DNA from: Felis catus
Taxonomy: Eukaryota
Assembly (NCBI RefSeq): GCF_018350175.1
Contig: NC_058382.1
Span: 55,616,001 to 55,680,000 of the forward strand
DNA: 64,000 bases
Direction of reading: 5' to 3'
The translations under genes were made by a program, and so were the position numbers. A model generated the notes under the pieces. It was not told where the DNA came from, searched no databases, and was given only the letters and a program-made list of their open reading frames with translations. Positions 24,963-36,510 of this stretch are shown here, one piece after another. Numbering within the stretch: position 1 is the stretch's first letter; every line of letters starts with the position of its first letter.

Positions 24963-25371
24963 TGAATAACGTTTTTAAATGCATAAAAATATATGTTGGA
25001 TTACCAAGGCAGCCAATTCTATTAAATTACAATGATCAAAATACTAAATAAAACAAAATTTGCAATGTGCTTTTAAAAATATATACTGATGAGATATAGC
25101 AGCAAGTCTCATAACAACTATAATTTTGAAGAACCGTAAAAGATATTTTGACATGCCTGCAAAGCCTGGTGATATAAAAATATCTGTGACTTGTTCTGGT
25201 GACAAACTCACAGGCACTGTTAATACAGCTCTGGTCTGTTGCCCGTGTTCCTTATTGAGGGAGACGCTAAATTTTAGTGAGAAGATACTGAAAACAAGGA
25301 TGTAAAGCTTTTTCCTATCCCAAGTTTGTAGACCCCTGAATCCTGTTCACAGACTCCTTTGCTTACTCTGT

Positions 25372-25557
25372 TGCAGTATTTCTCAAAGCACTAGGCCACC
25401 TGCATCAGAATAAATGGGGGGCAGGTGACAGGTGGGGTGGTGGACATCAGTAAATGTTCCTTCTTGAAGATTCAGGTTTTGAAAAACTGTAATAACAGCC
25501 TCATTTTTGCTGCTGTCCTGATTGTGTATCTTACACTAAATTTTGAGAGCCACTGAT
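25372..25557. mobile_element. MER5-like DNA transposon
   Basis: gcagtatttctcaaa...cacctgcatcagaat...ttttgagagccactg. Confidence 0.65.
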
Positions 25558-25585
25558 GTAAATAATTCAAAATGTCTTACTGTCA

Positions 25586-25811
25586 TTCTTTTTTTTTCCC
25601 CAAAGTGTATTCACTTATTTTGAGAGATAGAGAGAGAGAGAGTGAGAGAGCAAGTGAGAAAGTGGAGGAGGGGCAGAGAGAGAAGGACAGAGAGACTCCC
25701 AAGCTGCGAGTGTAGAGCCTAATGTTGGACTTGATCCCAGGAACCATGGGATCATGACCTGAGCCAAAATCAAGAGTTGCACACTTAACTGACTGAGCCA
25801 CCCAGGCACCC
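25586..25811 (-). mobile_element. Can-SINE
   Basis: Poly-T, (GA)n, atcatgacctgagccaaaatcaagag...gagccacccaggcaccc. Confidence 0.93.
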
Positions 25812-26667
25812 TGGTTCTTTTAAACCATAAAGTGGATTTGGAGTATGAGTTAACTCAGTCACATAGAAGTAAAATATGCAAACATAGCTTTGGAAATGTT
25901 TAGAAATAACCTAATGATGCTGAATGTGGGCAGTTTCAAATGCTTTCTTCCAAGATGACATTTGGTTCTTTGAGCTTAAGAGTATCTCTGCAATGGGTGG
26001 AGGCGAATTGAATTATGTGATGCTGCAAAGCACATATTTTTCTGAGAGAATTCTCAAGCCCGCTGCCCACTAGAGTGAGGACCTGGCTCATTTGCATGTC
26101 GACTGGAGGCCAAAGCAAAGGTTGACGTGTCGTATGAGCTGAAAGGGGCACAGGAGGACGCAGTTCCAGCCCCAGAGCATCCGGAAAGAAGAGGCTGAGC
26201 CATTATTACTCATCTGTGGGGTGCAGGGCCTTGCTGCTTGTGGCTGGAGGCAGAATGCAGGTCAAGGGCAGCCAGCCTCTGGGTAGACAGAATGAGCTCA
26301 GAGTTATTGGGCTGAAGACAACAGAAGTCTGCCGAGGTGAACTAGCAGCAGGAAGTGGAGAGAGGAGGAGCCCTCTCTGTGAAGTGGAGTATTGGCCAAG
26401 AGCAGGGGCAGCTGATACACCCATAATGGAGAGAGCATCCTGGGCTTCTTACAAAAGGATGCTTTCCTCACTCCTGTGGCTTTAGGTCTGAGAATACCGT
26501 GGAACTTCCTGCTTTGGACTCAGACTCCATCAGTGATGTCTAGGACGTGGGACCTCTCTTCTGGTCACAGGAGATTTTGCACCTGGCAAGGAGAGCATCT
26601 GGGGGGAAGTAGACGTTTAATAGGTAGGGAAATTACCCTACTGTCAGTTTTCCTCTCTCGATGCCAG

Positions 26668-26885
26668 TAGCAGCATAGCACAGTGGGTGACAACATGGGC
26701 TCTATGCCACTTATCAGCTAGATCATCTTAGGTACTCATCTTTCTGTGCCTCCATTTACCCATGTGTACAATGGACATGATAATAACGAGTACCTCTTCA
26801 TAGGACTGTTAGGAGGTTTGAGCCAAGTGACACATGTAAAGTGCTCAGGATTGGTGCCTGCTGTATTGTAAGCAGTATACACTAA
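26668..26885 (+). mobile_element. MIR
   Basis: cagcatagcacagtgg...tctgtgcctccatttacccatgtgtacaatgg...catgtaaagtgctcag. Confidence 0.75.
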
Positions 26886-27224
26886 TATGTATGTGTGCAT
26901 ACATACATATATGTTTTGTTAAAGAAGGAATGTTGGCATTATTTCAACAACCTCATTAATTCATTTGATGAACTATTGATTTGTTAACACACTCAGCAGA
27001 GTTCTGGACCCAGGTTTGAGGTCCCTGCTCCACCCTATTTTGTTAACTGTGTTTGACTCTGGCTTTACTGCTTTTGAATCCTTGGGCAGTCTTGAGCTTT
27101 CTGAGTCCTTCTTGGAAAAGCCGGAAGGAACATGTAGAAGGTCATCTGGCCCAATGATGGCCTCATTGACCTAAAGGAGACTAGATTCCTCTCAAGGAGT
27201 TAGACTCTGGCTATAAACTCATCT

Positions 27225-27251
27225 TTTATTTAAAGTTTATTTATTTATTTT

Positions 27252-27282
<31 letters not shown>

Positions 27283-27407
27283 TCCCAAGCAGGCTCCACA
27301 CTGTCAGTGCAGAGCCCAGAGTGGGGCTCCATCCCACAAACTGTGAGATCATGACGTGAGCTGAAATCAAGGGTCGGATGCTTAACTGACTGAGCCACCC
27401 AGGTGCT
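27225..27407 (-). mobile_element. Can-SINE
   Basis: gaatcccaagcaggctccacactgtcag...gagccacccaggtgc. Confidence 0.93.
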
Positions 27408-27619
27408 TCTATAACTTTATCTTTTAATTCCCTTCTTTAAATATGAAACAAACAAATTCTCTATGGAATGGTATAGAGTTTGTGTTATTTTCCAGGTTAT
27501 TTTTAATGTATTTATTTCTGGCAAAACTATTTGGAGAGAAAAACATTGAGGAACTGATAAATGGAAAGATTGTGAGTAAGTGGAAGAGTAAAATGATAAA
27601 GGGATATTGTTTGTATTTT

Positions 27620-27838
27620 GTTTTATTTTTAAATTATTTCTAATGTTTATTTTTAAGAGAGAGAGATAGAGTGCAAGTGTAGGAGGGGTAGAGAGAGAGG
27701 GCGACCCAGAATCAGAAGCAGGCTCTAGGCTCTGAGCTGTCAGCGCAGAGCCCAACGCGGGGCTTGAATTCAGAAACCATAAGATCATGACTTGAGCCAA
27801 AGTCAGACGCTTAACCGACTGAGCCACCCAAGCGTCCC
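27620..27838 (-). mobile_element. Can-SINE
   Basis: Full body; TSD-like gtttgtatttt on both sides. Confidence 0.93.
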
Positions 27839-27889
27839 TGAGTTTGTATTTTAAAACAAGATTTCTAAAACTCAAGTCTCATGATGATC

Positions 27890-28130
27890 ACAGTAATAAT
27901 AGTGGCTTGTGTTGTTTGAGCACTTAACTCTCTGCCAGGCCTTGTGTCAGGAGCTTTGTGTATAGCATGTAATGTAATCCCAGGGAGTCATATGCTTTTA
28001 TTTTAAATATGAGGAAATTCAGAAGCTAAACCAGATTATGTGGTTTGCCTAAAGTCACACAGCTGGCAAGGAGCAGAAGTGACATTTGACCTCAAGTAGT
28101 TAAGCTCTGGAATATTTGCTCCTAGCCCCT
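27890..28130 (-). mobile_element. MIR
   Basis: ttgagcactta...tgccaggc...atgaggaaa...tttgcctaaagtcacacagct. Confidence 0.75.
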
Positions 28131-28317
28131 ATACTTCTGTTTCTTGCTAGTCTAACATTCCATATAGCCTACCAAGAATCTCATCTGGTTTTGCCTTCAA
28201 CCACCACAGGGATAGGTGGCTTACTGTGTTCAGTGAAACTCATTCCATTGTGAACATAGTTACTTTGGTGGAGAATTCTTTGCTCTTTGAACTGGCATTG
28301 CCTTCAAAGGTAAACCA

Positions 28318-29090
28318 AAATGACCCAACAATCCTAGGTATATACCCAGGAAAATTGAAATCTTATGTCTAAAAAAATATATATATATATTAGTGAGTGT
28401 TCATGGCAGCATTATTCATAATAGCCAGAATCTGGAAATAATGCAAGTATTCACCAACTGATAAATGGTTAAAAAATATGATCTGTTCATACAATGGAAT
28501 TTTATTCAGCCATATAAAAGAACGAAATAGTGGTACACACCACAGAATGGATGAATACTGAAGAGATCATGCTGAGTGACAGAAGCTAGCATGAAAGACC
28601 ATATATTATATGATTCCATTTAATTTTTTTTTAATGATTATTTATTTTTGAGAGACAGAGTGCAAGCAGGGGAGGGGCAAAGAGAGAGGCCAGGAGACAC
28701 AGAATCCCAGGCAGGCTCCATGCTGTCAGCACAGAGCCCAATAAGGGGCTTGAACCCATACACTGTGAGGTCATGACCTCAGCTGAAGTCAGACGCTTAA
28801 CTGACTGAGCCACCCAGGCACCCCTATATGATTCCATTTATATGAAATGCCCATAATAGGCAAGTCATGGAGACAGAAAGTAGATTAGTGATTTCCAAGG
28901 GTTGTGATGCGGGAGGAATGGGGCGTGACTGCTAGTGGGCACAGGGTTTCTTTTTGGGGTGGTTAAAATGTTCTGGGTTTAGATAGTGGTGATAGTCATA
29001 CAGCTTTTGAATATCATAAAAACCATTCAATTGTATACTTTAAAATGGTCAATTTTATGGTATATGAATTATAACACAAAAATTATTTAG
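28318..29090 (+). mobile_element. Old L1 (L1MB/ME-type) 3' end interrupted by a SINE
   Basis: gttcatggcagcattattcataatagcc...catacaatggaat...tatgattccatttatatgaaat...gagacagaaagtagattagtg...gtatactttaaaatgg. Confidence 0.85.
28623..28824 (-). mobile_element. Can-SINE
   Basis: Perfect 16-bp TSD tatatgattccattta (28607-28622 / 28825-28840). Confidence 0.96.
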
Positions 29091-29579
29091 GAAAGAAAAT
29101 AGTTTTTTATTTCTGATTCAAAAAATAATGATTAAACCAAACAAATCTATAGATATTTGAAGCCGACCAGGTTGTATTTATTGAAGATTTTCTTCTCCAA
29201 GAAAAAGAGCTCTGATTTCTTTAGCCATCTGTCTTATTTTGATTCCTGGTTTGAACTGATTTCTTCGCTAAATACCCCAGGTTGACAGTGCTATTTTTAT
29301 GATATCCCTTTCCAAATCAAAACACTGTTTCAAGTGGAGACTCATGGGGTTACAGTAGAATGAAACCTGCCTCTCCCTCCCTGAAGTCATTAAATGATTA
29401 CCCCACATTGTTGGTATTCATGGGTTGAACATTCTCAATTTTGATTGATTGCAGTCCGTGATTCATTATTTTCTTTTCTGAGAAACATTAAAAAGTAGAT
29501 TCTGTTGTTCTTTTGGAAAAGGTAATTTGAGTGCTTAATTAAAACTGAAAAACATTTTTTAAAAAGAACAAATTGTTAC

Positions 29580-30085
29580 ATATTTTGTAGATTGCAAAAG
29601 AAAAAAAAAGCTGCAATCCTCAACTCTTTCATGACCCATGCCATTGCTGTGGCTTTGCAGCTTCTTCCATCAGGAGGTAAAGTTTCTGTTACCATCTCTT
29701 GAATTTGGGTTGGTCTTACAACTTGTTTGGCCAGTAGTATGTGGCAAATATGACAGTGTGCCAGTGTTGAGCATATCCTTAAGACCTTCATGCTTTGGCT
29801 AGTTTTGCTGTTTTGCTGTCATGAGAACTCGAGCTTGCCTGCTGGGGATGAGATATGGGTCACCGAGGTGCCCACATTGTGCAGCTTATACTCAGCACTC
29901 TGAAGTGAATCCTCCAATCTGCCCAGTACCTGGCTACAGATGCTTGAGAGCCTAGCCGAGTCCAGAAAAACCACCCAGCTGAGCTCAGACCTAATTGCCA
30001 ACCCATAGACATGTGAACTAAGCACGGGTGTTGTTTTAATCTACTAGTTTTGGGGAAGGTTTGTTACTTAACAAAACCTAAATGA
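29580..30085 (+). mobile_element. MaLR LTR (MLT1G/H-like)
   Basis: gactttgcagc-like...ttccatcaggagg...cttgtttggccagtag...ccacccagctgagc...gttgttttaatctactagttttgggg. Confidence 0.75.
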
Positions 30086-30191
30086 GGTGTTGCATCCTTG
30101 GCTGGGATATAGGAAAATGTGAGAGACCCTGAACCCAACAACACAACCACAAGTCACTAGGCAAACAAGAGCAATACAGTCATACTTTTCT

Positions 30192-30418
30192 TTTCTTTTT
30201 AATGTGTATTTATTTTTGAGAGAGAGACAGCATGAATGGGGAAGGGGCAGAGAGAGAGAACGACACAATCGGAAGCAGGCTCCAGGCTCTGAGCTGTCAG
30301 CACAGAGCCGGATGCAGGGCTCTACCCCATGAACAGAGCCCATCATGGAGCTTGAACCCATGAATGGTGAGATCTGAGCTGAAGTCAGATGCTTAACTAA
30401 CTAAGCCACCCAGGTGCC
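30192..30418 (-). mobile_element. Can-SINE with internal duplication
   Basis: TSD acagtcatacttttcttt; segment acagagcc...ccatgaa occurs twice (~30302-30365). Confidence 0.93.
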
Positions 30419-30727
30419 ACAGTCATACTTTTCTTTCAAACTATCAAAGAGCCCTGGAGGCAAAGAAATGTAAAGGGACTTAACTTTAGAGGGAGGAGCC
30501 ATTCCTAGAAACAGTGTTTAACATACAATAGAAAATTAGAGGACCTGCAAAAGATAGAAAAGTGTGGTTAATTACTCAAAGGGAGGCAACTCAGATATAA
30601 TTTTCAGGTAACAACTTAAAAATAATGATCTAGTACAAATGTTTAAAAAATGAGTCTATTAAAAATCTGTAGAAATGAATCATTTTAACAAATGAATAAA
30701 ATGGGACCTATAAAAAAAGAACATGAT

Positions 30728-30945
30728 GGGGCGCCTGGGTGGCACAGTCGGTTAAGCGTCCGACTTCAGCCAGGTCACGATCTCGCGGTCCGTGAGTTCG
30801 AGCCCCGCGTCGGGCTCTGGGTTGATGGCTCAGAGCCTGGAGCCTGTTTCCGATTCTATGTCTCCCTCTCTCTCTGCCCCTCCCCCGTTCATGCTCTGTC
30901 TCTCTCTGTCCCAAAAATAAATAAAAAACGTTGAAAAAAAAAATT
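30728..30945 (+). mobile_element. Young felid SINEC_Fc-type SINE
   Basis: CpG-rich, intact B box gagttcgagccc; TSD taaaaaaagaacatgat. Confidence 0.97.
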
Positions 30946-31036
30946 TAAAAAAAGAACATGATGGAAACCCTTGAATTGAAAAAATGCTATATTGATAATA
31001 AAATCTTCATGTAAACTGAGGCAACAAGAGAATTAC

Positions 31037-31069
<33 letters not shown>

Positions 31070-32092
31070 TAATTTAACAGAACTACTCAGGGAACATGTA
31101 GGATAAATTAAAACAACAACAACATTTTCCTAAGACATTATAGTCAAATTGACAAAAATGAATGTTAAAGAGGAAATATTGAGATCAAAGAAAAAATACA
31201 TGTGCATTAGACACATGGGAACAGTGCAAGAATTAAAGCTGATTCCTTCTCAGAAGCCGTGGAGACCAGAAGATGCTGGAATGGTATCTTTAAAGGGCTG
31301 AAATAAAAACAACAACTCTCAATATAGAATCCTGTATCCTGAGTAAATATACTTTAAAAATGAAGGCAAAATGAAGACATTTTCAAGTGAGGGAAAGCTG
31401 GATGAATTTGTTGCCAGCAGAACCTCACTGTAAGAAATGCTAAAGAAAGTTCTTTAAGCTGAAGGGAAATGATACAAGATGGGAACTCAGGTCTACAGTA
31501 AATACTGAAGAGTGTGGGAAAGGGTAAATAAATATGAATAGATATGAAGGGAAACTGAAAATCCAATTTTTAGGAAAAATTTTTAATGCATACTAAATAT
31601 GTAGCTGAGCTTTAAAAGACTACCGACTGAAGTGAATGTTACAGCCATGTGTCGTGAGGTCTATAATACAGGTGAGAGAAAAAGATAGGTGAATATTGGC
31701 ACAAAGCGTGGGCAGGGATAAGCGGAATTAGGCTATCAGTAGTACTCCATTGTTAATAAGTTCTAGAGTATTATTTTAGGCTAGACTGTAATACATTAAT
31801 ACATGGTATAAACTCTAGAGCTGTTCTGTTCAATACAGTACCTACCAGCCACATGTGGCTACTAAGCACTTGAAATATGGTTAGTGAAGCTGAGGAAATG
31901 AATTTGTAATTTTAATTATTAAAATTTGAACGAAAAACTGAAGTGGCATACATATTCTATGAAATACCATTTTATTGTTCTTGTAGAACTACCTTTCACT
32001 TTCACTGTTGTGATATGGTATAGGGATAAAATTCACATCAGATTTCAAAGACTTAATGTGAATGTAATTTTAGAACGAAAACTGTATGAATA

Positions 32093-32318
32093 TTTTTTTA
32101 AATTTTTTAAATGTTCATTTATTTTTGAGAGAGAGACAGAGACAGAGACAGAGCACAAGTGGGGGAGGAGCAGAGAGAGGGAGACACAGAATCAGAAGCA
32201 GACTCCAGGCTCTGAGCTGTCAGCACAGAACCCATTGTGGGGCTCCAACCCACAAACAGTGAGATCATGACCTGAGCCGAAGTTGGCTGCCTAACCGACT
32301 GAACCATCCAGGTGCCCC
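32093..32318 (-). mobile_element. Can-SINE
   Basis: Full body; aatattttt on both flanks. Confidence 0.94.
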
Positions 32319-32475
32319 TCAATATTTTTAGTTATTACATGTTTAAGTGACAATATTTTGGGGACATTGGATTAAATAGAATATATTGTCAATTTCACCT
32401 TTAAAAATTTTGTTAATGTGACAACTAGAAAATTGAGATATTCTGTAAGTATTACATGTGTGGCTTACATTATAT

Positions 32476-32688
32476 TTTTCAAGTTTATTTTTTTTTTGAG
32501 AGAGAGTGTGTGCCTGCATGAGTGGGGGAGGGGCAGAGAGAGAGAGAGGGAGAGAGAGAATCTCAAGCAGGCTCTGTGCTGTCAGTGCAGAGCCCCACAT
32601 GGGGCTCTATCCCATGAACCATGAAATCATGAAGCTGATCTGAAATCAAGAGTCAGACACTTAACCAACTGAGCCACCCAGGTGCCCC
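32476..32688 (-). mobile_element. Can-SINE
   Basis: Full body; tacatt..tttt on both flanks. Confidence 0.94.
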
Positions 32689-33483
32689 TACATTGTTTTT
32701 CTATTAAACAATGCTATTCTGTAGAAATTACTAAAAATATATGAGAGTGATACAGCTCAAAAGTCAAATAAAAGACTCTTTGCAATACCAAAAAGTACCC
32801 AATTTACCCAAATTAATCGAAGAAAAGAGGAAAAAAGGAACAGATGAAATAAATGGAGTAAATGGAAAACAACTAGCAAAATGATGGACTTAAGCATAAC
32901 CTTACCAACAATCGCATTAAGTGTAAATGAACAAGATGCGTCATGTCCACAGCAGAGTTGTCAGATTAGATAAATATGTAAGACCTAACTATATGCCATT
33001 TGTGAAAGATTTTAAATATAAAGACAGATTGAAGGCAAAAGGATGGGCGAAGATACACCAGGTTAACATTAAGTTTAAGAAAGCAGATGTGGCTATGTAA
33101 ATATTAGACAAAGTAGATGTCAAGACAGAAGAGTATTAACAGAGATAAAGAAGGATATTTTACATTAATTAAATTGTCAGTTTTTCAGGAATACTCAACA
33201 GTCTAATATGTGTATGCCTCTATTAAAAAAGCTTTAATATATAGAAAACAAAAAATGACATAACTGAAGTGATAAACGGAAAATCCACAATCATACTGGG
33301 ATATTTTATTACTGTTCTTTTAGTAATTCGTAGAAAAATAGAATAAATTAAATGCTTACATGTGGTAATAGAAGTGATGTAGAATGAATAAGGATGGAAT
33401 TTGCAAATTAGGATATTCTCAAAAGTCATTAGCCGATATCCCTAAAAAATTTCAAGGACCTATTCTGTTAATATGAATAAAGG

Positions 33484-33621
33484 TTTCTTTTCTTTTCTTT
33501 TCTTTTCTTTTCTTTTCTTTTCTTTTCTTTTCTTTTCTTTTCTTTTCTTTTCTTCTCTTCTCTTCTCTTCTCTTCTCTTCTCTTCTCTTCTCTCTCTTCT
33601 CCTTTTCTTTTTTTTTTTTTT
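33484..33621. repeat. Compound microsatellite (TTTTC)n-(TTCTC)n-poly(T)
   Basis: Directly visible. Confidence 0.97.
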
Positions 33622-33974
33622 GCTATTGTTATAGCTACATATTGATTTTAAACTAATACAATCAGCTAATAGTTCTAATTTCTTTTCCTATGTGCATATT
33701 TACATAAATTATATTGGGGAAGATAGTTTGGAGACAACCAGTGTTATCATTACTATTAGCAATTTGGATTATACTTTTCCTAACTATTATAATACAGATA
33801 TCTAGAAATAATTTGTAAGCATAATTCCTTAATATCGTTTTAAAATTTTATAGGGTATCTTAGAGGTCTTTTAATGTCAGTATATAAAGATGTGTGTTAT
33901 TCTTTTAAACTCTTACCTAGTGTTTCCCAGTATGAATGTTTTATACTCTATTTAGCAATTCATCTGTGACTGCA

Positions 33975-34480
33975 CCATTAGGCTATTTCCAGATTTTCAC
34001 AATAACAAACAGTGTTGCAACAAAAATCCATTTCTCATTTTTCCCAGGTATGTGAGTTTTTCCCTAGGGTTGATACTCAGCAACATGGAGGGATATATGC
34101 ATTTTAAAGTTTCTTACATACACCCAAAATTTTCACAAAACTGTTAACAGTTTGCCCTTCTACAAATAGAACATAAGAATAACATTTGCATTTTCCTGAT
34201 CATTTACTGAATTTGAACATTCTTTCATGAATTGATGGATCATGTGAACACCGTTTTCTATCTAGGAATTACTTGTCCTATCTTTTGCCCAGTTTTTATT
34301 TGGTCTGCTTGCCTTTTTCTTATTCATTTGTGAGAAAATTTTAAAATATGTATATTTACATAATAATCCTTTGTTACATGTGTGGCAAATATTTTCTCCT
34401 TGCCTGTCTTTTGTCCTTGCTTATCAGAAATTGTTTTTAGTGGTGTCTTTATTACCTTGTGTCTTTTACCTTTCTCTTTC
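33975..34480 (-). mobile_element. Old L1 (L1ME-type) fragment
   Basis: ttaggctatttccag...acaaacagtgttgcaa...tttgcattttcctgat...tgtggcaaatattttctc. Confidence 0.7.
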
Positions 34481-34606
34481 CATGACTGCTTACAGATATT
34501 TCTTGTGTCCACATGTGGGTTTCTTTGGGCATCTCCTTGCTTCTTTGGATGGTGTGCTAGGGGCAAATTTTGGCTGACTTGAGTCAGCATTTCTGTAGTA
34601 AGTGAT

Positions 34607-34817
34607 ATTTTATTTTTATTTTTAAGTTTATGTATTTATTTTAGGAGAGAGTGTATACAAGTTGGGCAGAACAGAGAGAGAGGGACAGAGAGAGACTCCC
34701 AAGCAGGCCTCCCACTGCCAGCACAGAGCCCTGATGCAGGGCTCGAACCAACAAACTGTGAGATCATCACCTTAGCTGAAGTTGGATGTTAAACCAGCTG
34801 AGCCACCCAGGCGCCCC
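34607..34817 (-). mobile_element. Can-SINE
   Basis: Poly-T, (GA), ...gagccacccaggcgcccc. Confidence 0.93.
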
Positions 34818-35756
34818 AGAACGTAATATTTTAATCAGAACAATTAGCTTGGCTCAGTCCTGGTGACCTCTGCTGTTTGCTGGCTGGTTGGTAACATCTG
34901 CTATTGAATAAGGTGGCTGCAGACCCCCTTCCCTGCTCTGGCAGGGATGGATGAGTGTCATCTCAGCCTCGCGAGGCATCCTGAAGCAATAGCGGTCGCT
35001 CCTGGCTGCATGGTGTGGGCCACTTGGCTCCCTCACTCACTAGAGACTGGGTTTTTTGGAGCATGTCCTACCCTAAATGGATCCTCTCAGCAGAAAGTGC
35101 CTGGCAGGACTTGAAATCTTGGGATGGCATTTTGGCTTTTGGCAGAAGACTGAATAATGAGGCCTTAAGACTTAGTGGTCTTCTTGCAAACATTTTCAAA
35201 CTGGGGCCTGTTTGGCACTGCGCGCACACACAAAACAACTGTTTGTTCAAGCAGAAAGCTGGGAAATGTGACAGGATCTCAAATATGTCACCGTTCAAGT
35301 TCTCAGGTGTTTCGTGAACACCTTCTCACGACACAAGCGCAGGCAACCCAGGATTGGAGAAGTCTCCGTCTTCAATCCTGCCCCTCTCTTAAGAGGTAAC
35401 CACCGATACAAGTTGGGTTGCATCTCCCCAGGCGCGCAAGAGGTACCCTTTAACCAGTGCCCGCATTGTACCTATTGTTCTATAGCTTCATTTCCCCCCA
35501 CTTCTTGATTCACATGCCCTTCCATAAGTGACAGATCTTTCTGTGCCTCAGATCTGCTCCCTGCCTCCAAAGAGATGAGTTTAATTAGGGAGCAGACCAG
35601 TGACAGTGTCACATATTGTAGTGTGCTCAGTGTGCAGGGGAGGCGAGGACATATAACCTTGAGCTGAGGGGAGAAGAGAGCAGTGAGGGCATCCCGGAGC
35701 AACCAGCTGACATCCCAGGTGACTCCTGATAGATGTGTAGGAAGTGAATGTGGAAC

Positions 35757-36236
35757 GCTGGTAATGAACCCACATGAGATATCCAGGTCCTAACCTCCTG
35801 GAACCTGAGGATGTTACCTTATGTGGCAAAAGGGCCTTGCGGATGTGATTAAGATAAGGATTTTGAATTGAGGAGATTTTCCTGGATTATCTAGATGGGC
35901 CCTAGATGCAAGCACAAGTGTCCTTATAAGAAGGAGGCTCGGGGAGATCAGACAGAAGAAGAAGGCTATTGGAGCAACAAGGCAAAATGCTGTGCTATTT
36001 CGGAGATGGAAGAAGTGACCAGGGGCCAAGGAATGCAAGGAATATAGCTCTAGAAGCTGGGAAAGGCAACCAAATAGATTCTCCCTTATAGCCTTTGGAG
36101 GGAGCATGGCCCTGCCGATTCAGTCCAGTGAAACCAGCTGGGGCTTCTGGCCTCCAGAACTGTAAGAAAAGACAGTGTCTTGTTTTAAGCCACAAAGTTT
36201 GTATTTATTTGTTAGTGGCAAAAGGAAACTAATGCA
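35757..36236 (+). mobile_element. MLT1D-like solo LTR
   Basis: atgttaccttatgtggcaaaagggccttgcggatgtgattaag...cttctggcctccagaactgtaaga...ggaaactaatgca. Confidence 0.85.
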
Positions 36237-36249
36237 GTAACCGAGTAGA

Positions 36250-36510
36250 GAAACACATTAGGAAGAGAGAACAGCTTGTAAGCTTTCTGGCAAGAGAGCA
36301 AGATCCACTCTCTAAGACATGTTGGAGAAAAGTGGAGGGATGAATCAGCACAGAGAATTGAGACTGGAAAAGTTAAGTAGGGGACAGATCATACAGGACC
36401 TGCAAGGCACATTCTGGAGGTTGATTTTTATATAGAAGAAAATAGGGAGCCAGAGAAGGCTTTTGAGTAGGGGACAAGCAGATTTTAGTGTTGAGATCAC
36501 CACTTGACTC
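36250..36510 (-). mobile_element. L2 fragment
   Basis: ggggacagatcatacaggacc...aatagggagccagagaaggcttttgagtagggg. Confidence 0.6.

Larger units (their letters stand above)
24334..25360 (+). mobile_element. MER119-like hAT-Charlie element interrupted by two SINEs
   Basis: ggttcctaaacttt...ggtgaaacctgtagacc...gaataacgtttttaaatgcataaaa...ggtgacaaactcacaggcactg...ccaagtttgtagacccctgaat. Confidence 0.75.
31816..32720. mobile_element. MER33/MER3-like hAT-Charlie element inside L1, containing two SINEs
   Basis: gctgttctgttcaatacagta...ccagccacatgtggcta...agcacttgaaat start; tgtggcttacatt...ttctattaaacaatgct end. Confidence 0.7.
30660..33350 (+). mobile_element. Decayed L1 (L1M) spanning ORF1, inter-ORF region and start of ORF2 endonuclease
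   Basis: ORF1 C-terminal remnants (agacattatagtcaaatt; agaatcctgtatcc; aatgaaggcaaaatgaagacatttt) at ~31130-31460; ORF2 EN remnants (aaaggatgggcgaagatacacc; agagataaagaagga; aatatgtgtatgcc) at ~32880-33320; many stops and frameshifts. Confidence 0.85.
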
